Positions 13,345-26,800 are shown, counted from the first letter of the stretch. The stretch is DNA of 64,000 nt from Macrostomum lignano (GCA_002269645.1 NIVC01002842.1:38981-102980), one strand, 5' to 3'. The notes: generated by a model not told the origin, from the sequence alone. A program made the numbers and translations.

Positions 13345-14820
13345 CTAATTAATAAACCTCTTAAACTTTGTCTAACTTGGATACTCTGACTGTTATTCCA
13401 AATTTCCAACTTGTATTCGTAATGAGGTTAATTTAATTACAAGTTGGAACAATAGTGGAATATTCCAACTCTTATTCTAACTGATTATTAAATACACTAC
13501 ATAAGTCTATAAATATTATTCCAACTCTTATTCCAACTGATAAACTATAATAATTGACTTATAATTGAGGTGGGGCAAAGAAAGAAATGTACTTTGGGTT
13601 ACTGTTATTAGCTGACATTGAAAAATGGGCAGTTTTGAACTTTGACTTCTGCCTCTATTGTCTTAGCACTCATAAAGCTAAAAAATTTCATGAACTGAAG
13701 CACTGATCCTTCTCCTTGGATGCTCTATCTGCCAGGGTCCTCAATTCTAGGGGGAGAGTAGTCGTAATTGCAATTGAGTGGTCTTTTAGTGGCATGGTCA
13801 TTCAAATTAGGTCCTTAGACACCATAAATTCCATAATCTGTCAATATGCTCAGTTTATTTCTCTCAGTACTAAAGTAGTGCTGCCACTACCATAATTTCG
13901 TATTATGGAACATTGAGGGTCTTAGAGCTTTCTTTGAGTTGAGACTGATTGGTTATTTTATGCCTTGTGGGCAAATGACTCAATATAAACTAGAGGCTTC
14001 AATCAGGAATAAACGAATAAATATTTGACATAACTTTTGGCTTGTTATTATTTATAGTATTATGCACTAGATAATGAGTAGTTACAATTCAAGTACTAAA
14101 AGATTATTATTACTATTGTTGGCTGATATACGAGTGAGGCAAATCGGCAGTGCTGAGAGTGAGCAAGAAATTAATAAATGATTAGACGCTAAGAGCTAGG
14201 GCAAAACAAGCTAAACAGAGTAAGACAGAGTAAAGAAGATGCATGAGAGCAAGATTGGTTTCACGTAACACTTAAATATTAAATGGCAGAGCTAAACCTA
14301 GAGGGTGGGACAACAGAAAGGACAAGGGAAGGGGCACCCAAAGGAAAAAGGAAAAAACCTGGCCACTGGAAATGGTATAACAACAAAAGAACATGGGAAG
14401 GAGCAGCGAAGGGAGCAGGCAAAGGAGCAAAGGCGGGGACACAAAAGAGCAGGCGAGGGGACATATGTCATAAATAAAATAAGTGATGTCAGCTGTCAAT
14501 GCCTGGAAAATAATAACAGTCTGCCTTGTCCATGCTAAAGGTCTGCCATCGTTCTCCCAGTGGTAGACTGGCCTACCACATAATTTATAATAATCAGTTT
14601 ATATTAAAGTTGGAATCAGTCAGAAGACTACAAGAATTAGTTGGAATAAAATTTAACTCTTGCAATGTATTAGATTATTAGTTGGAATAAGAGTAAAATA
14701 TTTTAACTATTGTTCCAACTTGTAATTAGGCCAAACCTCATTATGAGTTAGAAATTCAAAATAACAGTCAGAATATTCAGAATCAGACACAAAGTTTAAA
14801 AGGTAATTAATAATAATAGA
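13345..14820. mobile_element. Decayed element with about 220-bp inverted arms (13345-13560 and about 14590-14820)
   Basis: The left arm (CTCTGACTGTTATT...TAATGAGGTT...TAATTACAAGTTGGAACAATAGT) is the reverse complement of the right arm, apart from many transitions. No TSD was confirmed. Confidence 0.6.
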
Positions 14821-15652
14821 TAATAAGCACTAAGAAATCAAAACATGTTGCATATTATTCAAAAAGTCAAATCAATACTAAAAGGACTTGTTATTTTTCT
14901 AAATTTTGATTAAAACTATATGTAGCATTGTTGGTGGATATTATTATTACCTAGTTAAGTCTTTTTAGCACTCATTCTAAGTGTAGCCTTGTCATTTGTG
15001 CTTTTGTATATAATATAAATATTTATATTTAGCAAATGATATAGTGTATTCATTTTAAAAGACCTTCCAATATAAGTATTAAATATGTTATGAAGCATTT
15101 CTAGGAAATCATAGTTCTATCATAGTTCAAATCTGTGCAAAAAAAGAAATCATTATTATTTTAGTTTTATTATTGTGAGTTCAAATAATATTTCACGAAA
15201 TAATTTTTGTTTTAAATACATTTCACAACTAGTACGAAGCCTGAGCCAAATTCTCTTACTACTACTACTACTACTAAATAGGAGCCCAGAATGGGCCTAA
15301 AGAAGTCAACCTGGGAGTAACCTGTCTTAATCGCAAAATTCTGAGTTCTACTAAATCCTATTTGCAAGACTTAAAGACTTCTTCATTTCTTAGCGTAAAC
15401 CCCAATTGGGAGTATTGTTAGAAAACCGCTGAAAAGCAAGAGAATTGACTAAGAGTAGAAAGGACTTGCGGAGTAGTAGGAGAAAATTGCCTCAGGGCAG
15501 AGAAAATGCTTCATAGCAGGAAAAGATCGCCTCAGGGCAGAAAAGGAGCATAAGCTGTGACCCTCTGATCTAGGGAACGCCAGGACTAAGAGATATAAGA
15601 GTAGACAGTGCCAATAGACCGCTCAGGCAAAAGGTACAGTACATGTATAACC

Positions 15653-16899
15653 GCTACCATTAGATAAGTAGATGCTACCAATATAAATAGATAAGTAGAC
15701 GCTACCAATATAAATAGATAAGTAGACGCTACCAATATAAATAGATAAGTAGACGCTACCAATATAAATAGATAAGTAGATGCTACCAATATAAATAGAA
15801 AAGTAGACGCTACCAATATAAATAGATAAGTAGACGCTACCAATATAAATAGATAAGTAGACGCTACCAATATAAATAGATAAGTAGACGCTACCAATAT
15901 AAATAGATAAGTAGACGCTACCAATATAAATAGATAAGTAGACGCTACCAATATAAATAGATAAGTAGATGCTACCAATATAAATAGATAAGTAGACGCT
16001 ACCAATATAAATAGATAAGTAGACGCTACCAATATAAATAGATAAGTAGACGCTACCAATATAAATAGATAAGTAGATGCTACCAATATAAATAGATAAG
16101 TAGACGCTACCAATATAAATAGATAAGTAGACGCTACCAATATAAATAGATAAGTAGACGCTACCAATATAAATAGATAAGTAGACGCTACCAATATAAA
16201 TAGATAAGTAGACGCTACCAATATAAATAGATAAGTAGACGCTACCAATATAAATAGATAAGTAGACGCTACCAATATAAATAGATAAGTAGACGCTACC
16301 AATATAAATAGATAAGTAGACGCTACCAATATAAATAGATAAGTAGACGCTACCAATATAAATAGATAAGTAGACGCTACCAATATAAATAGATAAGTAG
16401 ACGCTACCAATATAAATAGATAAGTAGACGCTACCAATATAAATAGATAAGTAGACGCTACCAATATAAATAGATAAGTAGACGCTACCAATATAAATAG
16501 ATAAGTAGACGCTACCAATATAAATAGATAAGTAGACGCTACCAATATAAATAGATAAGTAGATGCTACCAATATAAATAGATAAGTAGATGCTACCAAT
16601 ATAAATAGATAAGTAGACGCTACCAATATAAATAGATAAGTAGACGCTACCAATATAAATAGATAAGTAGACGCTACCAATATAAATAGATAAGTAGACG
16701 CTACCAATATAAATAGATAAGTAGACGCTACCAATATAAATAGATAAGTAGACGCTACCAATATAAATAGATAAGTAGACGCTACCAATATAAATAGATA
16801 AGTAGACGCTACCAATATAAATAGATAAGTAGACGCTACCAATATAAATAGATAAGTAGATGCTACCAATATAAGTAGATAAGTAGACGCTACCAATAT
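15653..16899. repeat. 27-bp minisatellite GCTACCAATATAAATAGATAAGTAGAC, about 46 copies
   Basis: Highly homogeneous tandem array; the main variant is GAC/GAT. Confidence 0.97.
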
Positions 16900-17820
16900 T
16901 AGTAGTACATTTATGCAAAAAGTACATTAAATAGAAAGACAGAATTAACAGGCCTGTAACAACTTTGGTGGCAGCGAGTAAAGCTAAACAAAAGAATAAT
17001 TAAGAGCCCTGGGACAGCTTTTGGTGGCATTTAGTGAGATTCTCAATGTACAGAAAACACCCCTAGCACACAAATATTTAGCATATTTAGCAAATGCAAT
17101 TAAATTAAATCGATTTTTCAAAATTTAAGAAAAAGTAGGCTAGCTTAACAAAATAGATACTACATTTATTAGGAAAAAAGTTTTTTAAAAAATATATTAT
17201 ATTGTTATAAGATTACTTTATTATTTAGGCATCATAAACTAAGGCCACCAAAAAGCAATCTGAGATACTAAAAATTTGAGTAAAAAGCACAAAAAACACA
17301 AAGCACAAGCACCAAAAAGTATAAAAATCTAAATTTTACCTATAGATACTTTACAATTAGGCCTACCTTTCATTAGTTTTAACTTATTATGAAAATATAA
17401 GATAACTATTTATTATATATTTATATTTGTTACAGTATATATAACTCTAATACTATATTATATGATAGCAGGCAAATAACACTCAGTATTTATACAATCA
17501 CATACAAATAAAGAATGCTTTCATTTAAACCATCCTTCTGTATAATTTGCATAATTAATAGTAATAATAAGCACTAAGGTATAAACATGCATAAATCATG
17601 CCTATAATTTAGTTACCTTAAGTTAGTTTTAACTCATGAAAATATAAGATAGCTATTTATCAGATATTTATTTCAGTTTCTATATAAAAATTCTAGTACT
17701 ATTTATTAGGCATACAACATTAGCAATATTTAAACAAAACTATAGAAATAACAAATGCCATTACCAATGTTTTTTTAATTTATTTTTCCTCTTGTAGTCT
17801 TTCTAGTTTATATCATATAC

Positions 17821-18115
17821 CCTAGGTTTATAGCCTAGTGGTTAGAGCATCAGACTCATGACTTGAAAGTCAGAAGTTTGATTCCCAAATCCCACTGCAA
17901 CAATTTGTGTCCTTGAGCAAGACACTTAACTCTGCATTGCTTCAGTTCATCTAGCTATAACTAGCATTAGCTGGGGTAATTGAGGGTGTGTGGTGACCCC
18001 TTTGTCTTTAGACTAAATAGCAAATATAGCTTTCAGATGTGCCATGCAATGGCTATAGCTAAGCTTTCAGTTGCACATCTGCCTATTAGGGAAAGTATAA
18101 TCAATTATTATTATT
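17821..18115 (+). mobile_element. tRNA-derived SINE, family A, heavily C->T/G->A mutated copy
   Basis: A-box TAGCCTAGTGGT and decayed B-box AGTTTGATTC. The body TGTGTCCTTGAGCAAGACAC...AGCTGGGGTAATTGAGGGTGTGTGG is shared with the copies at 56561 and 58846. Confidence 0.8.
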
Positions 18116-21100
18116 TTATATTAGAATAAATAATGTGCCACAAGCATATTTATACTTAGTAAATCAGTTTTTTACTTTTAATTCAGTAAGAATAAAGAAT
18201 ATATAGGTTATTTTATAAAATAAAGGCAACTGAAATGACTTAAATAAGTTTAGAAGCCCAAGCTTACAAGTGTAAATAGCTTGCTAATTGGTTCAGCAAT
18301 AATGTACACTAACCACTAAAATATAAAAGGCAGATTTAGGCTAGGACAACTAAAGAAAATAATAAAAATTGGATGGCAAGGTTGGTATAGAGGTTTTGCA
18401 TAGAGTTTAAAGGTTTAGGCTTGAGGGTAAGAGCCAATAAATAAGCATTGTCTTTAAAATACATTAAAATACTTTAGTTTAACTTACTACTGAACTAAAA
18501 TTAGCTTGCATGCAAATGTGCTGAGTGGCCTATCTAGTTATTCTAGTATCTATAGTTTATATTCATTTTTTCTATGTAATTGCATTCCAAAGTTATGAAT
18601 TTGCAAAAATTTATGTTTCTTTATTTAAATTTGCCTTATTTATCTGTATATTAGTAAGTCAATAGAACCTCATTGAGTTTCTACTTTTTATTGTTTCTTT
18701 TTCTTAGCTCTTAAGGGATACAAAGTTGCAATGATTTAAAATAATTTATACTAGACTTATCCTACATAAGGGTTGGTCTATAGGCCATATAATTATATAA
18801 TGGATTTTTTATTTGTTATTAGGTCAAAACTAAGTCATATACTAGTATATTATAAAGTCATATGCCAAGTATTGTATACCATATATATGAGATAGCATTG
18901 ACTTTCATGGTATATATTTAGGACTATAATATTCAAATAGTTTTAAAATCATTTTCAGCTAAGATTATCTTGACTTATAAGCAAAAAAATTAGTGTAAAT
19001 TTATTAGTATAAAACTAAAGAGTTTTAATAAGAATCAATAATAATGCATATCAAATTTTAGTTTAAGTTTAGATTTAGATATAAAATTAATTTAGCAAGT
19101 CTAGTCTTAATGATAATATTGTGGTAATCAGAATATATACAACTGGTAAGCACTAGTGCAGCTACATTTGAAACCCCACAACCTTTGCTTAGCTTAGGTG
19201 GGTAGGTGTACCAAGCTAGCTGGCTTGCTAAGCCAGGGGTTGGCAAAGTCTATCATGCCACCTTTTTGCACTTCCCTAGGCCTATCAATCTTGCACTATT
19301 TGTAAATATAAATATATGCACAAAGTAGCACAAAATCTTCACTGAAATTATATCCATTAAACTTAATAGCCTTCCCTTTTAATATATCTGATAACATTTA
19401 GAATCTTCAAGTAATAAACAATTGTTACTCTTGGATAAAGTAGTAATATAGTAGATAATATTCTTTAAATCCTAGTCAGAGATAGTCATAGGTAGATGCC
19501 AAATCAGCAAAGTAGATCTGGTAAAGCCTGCTATTGCAGCCAAAGGCCATTTTTGGATAGTGTACATGTACAGCTATAAAGCTGTATACAGCTTTGATCT
19601 ACCTAGCAAAATGGCAACACAGTGTAAGGCATGTATAAAAAAAGAGGTGCAATATTGCAGTGAAGTAAACTAGTGAAGTAAAAAAAACACTAGGCAAAGT
19701 AAGGCAAAAAATCATCATTTTTTATCTACCCTAATCTTTCTAGTTGAGATTTATAGATAAATCTAAAATTTATCATTTAAAATTTGTAATAACTGTCTAT
19801 AAAGAATCTTATTTTATCTTTATCAATGATCTTTTTGTAGCAATTTTTAAAGAAAGAAAGTAGAATAATTGCTAAGAATGCAGAATTTTGCTATATACAG
19901 TAATATATCTTTTTATGATTAATGCTATATAAACTGTTTTTTTCTGGAGAGCCTATAATACCATCTATAAAGCCATTTAAGTAATAATATTCCTTTAACT
20001 TCTATTTTACCCTATATTTACCCAACCCTTGAAAAAGATTGCAAAAAGTCAGCTAGCAAAAACTAGAATAATGCAGAATGACCAAGCTTATGGGTTTATT
20101 TGCTTTTGTTTATCATTTGTTCTATTGATTTATGTGAAGACTATCTCCATATGTACTTGTAGCTGATTTATCTCAGAAAGAAATCTATTCATTTTGCTTT
20201 CAATAACTGCGTTTCTATTCAAAATAATGATAGTTTTGTTTTAACTACATTAACATATTCTGTGACAACTAATTATTGCAATAAACTTTTAGACATGCAA
20301 GATTCTGCTCTGCATATTTTTGACTAAAGTGCTTTTACTGTATTGTTTTGTCTTAAGCTTTTATTAAATTTTTAGTATATAGAATGTTTCTTAACGTGCA
20401 CATAAATGACTACTGCTCTATGAGTAGTGTATAAAATTTATTCTCTATTGCACACATTGCAGATGTAAATATTCTGTTTGCTTCCAGATTGTACAAGACA
20501 AGTAAACACTGAATTTCATTGATTTCAAGTCAGCGAGACAATTGGGTGCCATGAAATCTTTTATTGCAGGTGAGAGCATTATTTCTGTTGCATTTTTTTG
20601 CAAAATTGAAAATGCTAGGTGTATGCTAGTGGTATATTTGGAATAACTGGAATTCTACAGTTGCTAAGTGCATACTGCCGAACTGCTCGGGTCGGGCTTG
20701 CGAGTTTTTTATCTACTATTTGAGCTCAATCTCAATCTTGCGGAGCGATGCGCTCTTATCAACAGCTTATATAATAAAGTTAGTTTCAAGAAATTCGAAT
20801 AGCATAGAAATTGCTGCCACGTTTCTTATAAAGCTAATTGAATCAGATTAGCATTGTTGATTCGCTGGGTCAGTCATAATGCTCAAAAGTTCAAGAGCTC
20901 GCAGTCAGTCTGCAAAACGGTCAGGCTCAACATCTGGCATCGATCAGGTGCGTGAGGTGCTGAACACTTCGATAATTAACAGTGCTGTAATGCCTGTGCT
21001 TTAATGAATTCATAAATACATTTACTGCATTTTTGACAGATTGCCAAGCTTTCAAGTTCCCAGACAGCATCATTTATTAGCTGCTTCAGGCTTTCTCCTT

Positions 21101-21123
21101 CTTTAAGCAAGCCTGTCTTAAGT

Positions 21124-21776
21124 CAGGGGTCGGAAAACTGCGGCCGGCGGCCACATGCAACCCGCGAAGCCTCTCTATCCGGCCCTCGGGTCTTTGGAGA
21201 CCTCTTACTTACTTACTTACTTGTTGTTGTTGTTAAACGGGGGTGGGAAGCTGGGCTTACCCGCGGATCAGCCCTGGGAGAGGCTCTGCCACTAGTGGGG
21301 CACTTTCCAAGGGCACGGGGAATTCCGTGTACCCGAGATACCCTCCTCGGAAGTCCGAGAATCAATTTAGTTGGGCCCTGACTTAAGCCAGGGAAGAGCG
21401 AGGGACTTCAAGCCTACGGTACAAGACACCGCCAACCCAATATTAGTGGAATCAGGGACGGTACAAGGACCGAGTCCACCCAGGCCACCCCCCAGCAGAC
21501 AAGCCCTCGGGAGTGCGCGAAAGCAGAATTGGATTTATTACTAAAAGCTGTCCAAGAGCGGGAAACCCAGAAGTCTTGGAAAGGGCTTGATTATTGGAGT
21601 GAGTCTGGAAGGCTTGTTTCCGAGGGCGAGACTCCAGGCAGGAAGACCGTCTACCGGCTACAAACCCAAGGGTATCGCCTATCCAGCTCAGTATTGGGGG
21701 CCAGGCCAAGGGGGGGGGCACAAGGAGCAAGAGGAAACCGGACTCAGCCGGTTTTCCCTGATTCGGGACGAACATC

Positions 21777-21866
<90 letters not shown>

Positions 21867-22398
21867 ACTGACGGGGGGGCGCAGGCGCCGCGAATAGGCC
21901 GCGAGGCCCCTATCGCAACCCCAAGGTAAAAAAGCGCAAGGATTAACCTTGGGGGTGCGCCCAGTCCCCGCCAGTAGTCGGCAGGTTAGCAGTGGAGGCA
22001 TCGGCGACCCTCGTCCGGCCGGAGTCCCGGACGAAGGCGCGAAGGTCACGGATATTGTCCAGGGTGGTCAGCTTGTCCATCGGCTGGGGGTGGCCGAGGT
22101 ATTTGTGCCGCGCCTTGTTGAAGTAAGGGCAGAAAGTGACGTGATGCTCCGCGGTCTCCTCTCCTATGCCACAGAAATGACAGGTGGGAGGGCAACCGTG
22201 GAGACCTCGCAATAGCAATTCAGCCCGCTCAATGTTTATCTCTTGATTCTCTTCTCAGTTCTCTTTTCTCTAATCTCATCCTCTCCTCTCTCTCCCCTTC
22301 ACTCCCTCTTATTTGTCAATCCTCTCTTACTCTCCGGCCCGCAGTCATTCTTTAGGTTTTCTATCTGGCCCTTGAGGTTCATAGTTCGCCGACCCCTG
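21124..22398. mobile_element. Non-autonomous hAT-type MITE carrying a retro-insertion
   Basis: TIRs CAGGGGTCGGAAAAC and GTTCGCCGACCCCTG; flanks TCTTAAGT/TCTTAGAT (6/8, consistent with a decayed 8-bp TSD); internal homology to the copy at 34795-35630. Confidence 0.8.
21205..22198 (-). mobile_element. 5'-truncated LINE insertion (ORF2 CCHC zinc knuckle, (AAGT)n tails) with 10-bp TSD
   Basis: Minus-strand translation [34 protein letters not shown] arrays at 21777-21868 and 21205-21223. TGGAGACCTC is duplicated at 21195-21204 and 22199-22208. Confidence 0.8.
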
Positions 22399-23864
22399 TC
22401 TTAGATGAATAGTAGATAGATAGTTTACTTAACACAGTCTTGACAGTAAGACCGACCCCCAAGCCCATTACAATCCTTTGTTAAGCAATCTTCTCAAACA
22501 ATTAATCAAATCGCCAGCCTTCCGTATAGTCGAGATATTCAACAGTTCGGCCAGAAGATTAGCTGCTCCCATAAGCTTCGACTTTGGCAGCCTTCTGTAC
22601 CTTCAACAGATGACATAGACGCATTGTGGCGACCATGTTTGACTTTCCTGATCAAGCCTCAACTGCTGGACTTCCTCAATAAGTCTCTCAAGCGATCAGT
22701 CGTCATCCTGACAGCTTCAAGACAATAAAAATTAGCCCCTGTAATTTCTTTTAAATTAAAAATTTCATCATTCGCACTTGAACTACTTATGACCGGTAGT
22801 AGTTTCTTAGCGCATATTTAAAATCAAAAAAGCTGATTTCATTATGGAGTTGCTTTTCTTACAAAATATTGAAGTATTGGAAATATTGAATGATTGCAAC
22901 CCAGAAAACATCTGCAGTTACAACCAAGGTTTTACGTCGTATAACGTAAATATCGATTTTTCCCTCAGAGCTCTCTCAGTTCCAGCATAGCTATCCGTAT
23001 ATGCTTATAATATCCGTATATATTATTAATTAAATTAATAATTTAATTTAAACATGCCCAACAAAGGCCAGTTATGGTTTGTGCCTCAGTTTTACGAGGC
23101 CTTCCACTCTAGTAATTCGTATCCAGGCTTGTTTTTTAAGGCGTTGCCGTTAATACTGTGTACCCGATTTTATGGTAGGAATTGGTTGGCATGAGCAGAC
23201 TCAGAATTATGACTTCTCTCTCTCCCTCTTGCCTCCACTTCATCTCTTCTAAAAGCAAGCGCTTTAGCTCTGCACACCACACTGCGTACTCTCTGCTTGC
23301 GTTTCCCACCATCGCCCGTCGCTTCCCTGTGTAGCCAATTGGGCTTCTCTTTCTGCTCCCCTCCTCACTGTGACAACCGCCGTCTCCTCCTCTATTCCCT
23401 AATCTTCCACCTGCCCGCCCGTCGCTGCATAGGAAAAAGGAAACAATGGGGCAATGGGGTGGGGGCGGAAGACAGAGAGGCGGGCTGTGGCGGGTTGGCG
23501 CATTGCTGGGTGAATTATGGGGACAGGTATAGAGGTAGGTAGGGCCTAATAATATAGCTACTGAGTCAGCAGGGGGCATAGCCGGCGGGAGCAGCAATTC
23601 TCTCATTTTTCCCGTCTGTCGCAGTCAGAAAGCCAGCCAGCCAGCCAGAAAGTCATGCCGGTTTCTCTTAGGCGAACCGCCTCAGCCAGGGGCTCCGTAA
23701 GTTGTGCCTTTGAATCTTCTCTATGAATTTTCTAAACCTGAATTTGATACCTAATAGGAACGGTTTCTGAGTTTGTTTTGAGTAACTTTTAAGGCGAGGG
23801 GCATTTGTGACGCTTTTGCAGATCAATGAACTGGAACCAAACCCCCACCCCCTCCCCCCGGCAG

Positions 23865-26800
23865 GAGCGCAAGCGGCACCAGGATTCCGCCAACTCCGTG
23901 CGTCGCCGGGCGGCCGCCGCGCCTGCTGCCTCTGGAGCGCAGAGGCTGCCGGGGACTGTCGCAGTTCGAGGAGGCGCTGCTGCTCCGGGGGCACCCACCG
24001 CCGTTGCCGTGGTCGAGCTGGACCATCGGCATCAGCATGCGCCGCAGGGGAAACAGCAGGGGCAGCAGCAGAGACACCCCGGACCCGTTGCTAATGGCGA
24101 CAGTTTCAGCTCAGCGAATCCTGATGTGCATCGGCTGTCGCAGCAGGTGGCCAGGCTGGAGGCTGCCGGTAAGACTGCAGTTGCTGTGTCAGCCTCCCAG
24201 ATCCTCAGTTGCTGTGCCTGCCAGCCTCCCAGATCCTCAGTTGCTGTGCCTGCCAGCCTCCCAGATCCTCAGTTGCAGGGTCAGCCTCCCAGATCCTCAG
24301 TTGCAGGGCCACCCTCCCAGATCCTCAGTTGCAGGGCCAGCCTCCCAGATCCTCAGTTGCAGGGCCAGCCTCCCAGATCCTCAGTTGCAGGGCCAGCCTC
24401 CCAGATCCTCAGTTGCAGGGCCACCCTCCCAGATCCTCAGTTTCAGGGCCAGCCTCCCAGATCCTCAGTTTCAGGGCCACCCTCCCAGATCCTCAGTTTC
24501 AGGGCCACCCTCCCAGATCCTCAGTTGCAGGGCCACCCTCCCAGATCCTCAGTTTCAGGGCCAGCCTCTCAGATCCTCAGTTGCAGAACCACTCTCCCAG
24601 ATCCTCAGTTTCAGGGCCAGCCCCCCAGATCCTCAGTTGCTGGGCCACAGCCTCCCAGATCCTCAGTTTCAGGGCCACCCTCCCAGATCCTCAGTTGCAG
24701 GGCCACCCTCCCAGATCCTCAGTTGCTGGGCCACAGCCTCCCAGATCCTCAGTTTCAGGGCCACCCTCCCAGATCCTCAGTTTCAGGGCCACCCTCCCAG
24801 ATCCTCAGTTGCAGGGCCACCCTCCCAGATCCTCAGTTTCCGGGCCAGCCTCTCAGATCCTCAGTTGCAGGGCCACTCTCCCAGATCCTCAGTTTCAGGG
24901 CCAGCCCCCCAGATCCTCAGTTGCTGGGCCACAGCCTCCCAGATCCTCAGTTGCAGGGCCAGCCTCCCAGATCCTCAGTTGCTGGACCAGCCTCTCAGAT
25001 CCTGGGACTAATTAAACAGTCATATAGTTCAAAAGTTTAGCAGCAGAAAGCACTTAATTGTGCTTTGACCTCTTGTCATTTAGTCAGAGTCGAAGTGCAA
25101 TTTGCATTTAGAAGGCTTTCAAATACTTTTTCAATTTTCATGAATCTCGAGATCTCTGCCCCCCCCCTGCGCGCAGTCTGACAGTCTCCAAGCTTTGCTG
25201 TTTTTTTTATTTATCCAAGTTTGCTTTGCTAGCTGGCTGTATACGGGAAGATGCGTTATGAAATGCTATGAAAACTCTGCGATACCCATAGATCTCTGTG
25301 GCTCTGTTAGACAGAATGGCCTGAGGGCCAGGAATTTGTTTTCATATTAAATCAACAGCATAGACTCGGGGCTGCGGCTACAATGAGGGCTGGGCTATGC
25401 TGGGAGAGACTTGGGTTCGACATGGATGGAGGGTGCCGGTGCGTCTACCTTTGCATTTTTTGCTGCCTGCTCAAGTGCAAATGCGGTCCGCCCCCATGCA
25501 GAAAGTAGACAGAGAGTTGGGGGAGAGAGAGAAGGTTTAAACTGGTGGCATGGAGATATTAATGCGCAGTTATCTTGGCTTACCCCCCCCCCTGACTGGG
25601 CCTCTGTGTGCGCACCTGCCTTAACTGTCTTCTGAATGAACCCATTTTTTACCTTGGCCCACACTCACTGTCTGCTCCTTCCCACCAATACCTTTGCCCT
25701 GAGTTCTGCCCCTCTGCCCGCTTCCTGTTGCTAAGCCCACTAGCTGTCACTGAAATGGAGTCCGCCTTTCATTCTCTGACCAAAAAACACGGGGCGGGCG
25801 GGCGCGCTCTCTCGCCAAAGGGGGCAGGGCTGCTGCCTGTGCGGCGTGTACTTCGCCTCTCTACCGTTGCCTCTCGCCTGCCCCCTCCTTCCCTTCCTCC
25901 CTCTCTTGTCTGAGGTGGTTGGCTTTCTTTTTTAGTTGCAGCAGAAAGTGTGCGTGTGTGTGTGTGTAGCTTATCAGGCACCCCTCTTAAATTTACAGCC
26001 TGCATTTTTGCCACCTCCCCCTCCCGAGTACCCCTGGCACCCGCCCCCCAGCTCATCTCATCTGACTCTCTCCATTAATAAGGTCCGAATGCTTCTCACA
26101 CCCGATTTAGTCCGCTTCTAAAAAGGGTCGCGTATTGAAATTGAAATCTAACAATTTGCTTGTCAGAGCGACAGCTCGAGTCTCAGCTAGTCCAACTCAA
26201 ACAGCCAGCTCGAGGCGAAGACGCAGCCGACGAAGAGTCCGCTTGGCTGGACAGTTTCGCTGCTGTCCGAAGCAATTTGAGACGATCTCGCAGCTTCAGA
26301 GACTCGACAGCATCGGCAGGCTCTGGTGCAGCTGGTTACTATCAGCATTTTGACTGGGCAGCAACTCAGGACGCCAGCATGATGCGAGCTTCGACTCCAG
26401 CTGCTGCTGAGGACAATCGCCATCGTCAGGGTCGGACGGCCGAGAAGTCTGCGGCGGCGCCTCCTGCGAGGTTGTATAGTGCCAAGGTGAGGCAGTGTGT
26501 CTGAGCTGGTATCACTTCTGTGTCTGAGCTGGTATCACTTCTGTGTCTGAGCTGGTATCACTTGTGTGTCTGAGCTGGTATCACTTCTGTATCTGAGCTG
26601 GTATCACTTGTGTGTCTGAGCTAGTATCACTTCTGTATCTGAGCTGGTATCACTTCTGTGTCTGAGCTGGTATCACTTCTGTGTCTGAGCTGGTATCACT
26701 TGTGTGTCTGAGATGGTGTCATCCCCCTGTTAGAGCTGGAATCACCCTTGTGTTGTTGGAGTTGGCATCAGTTCGCCTCTGCCGCGCCACCACCCGCAGG

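Noticed and set aside
15586-16927. 436-aa and 434-aa minus-strand ORFs
   Set aside because: They are translations of a 27-bp minisatellite that lacks stops in two frames.
17830-17900. Functional tRNA genes at the SINE heads (also 51001, 53945, 59000)
   Set aside because: Acceptor and anticodon stems are incomplete, and most continue into SINE bodies.
23826-25040. 404-aa single-exon ORF
   Set aside because: Only the part up to the GTAAG donor at 24169 is exon; the rest is an intronic 28-bp repeat.
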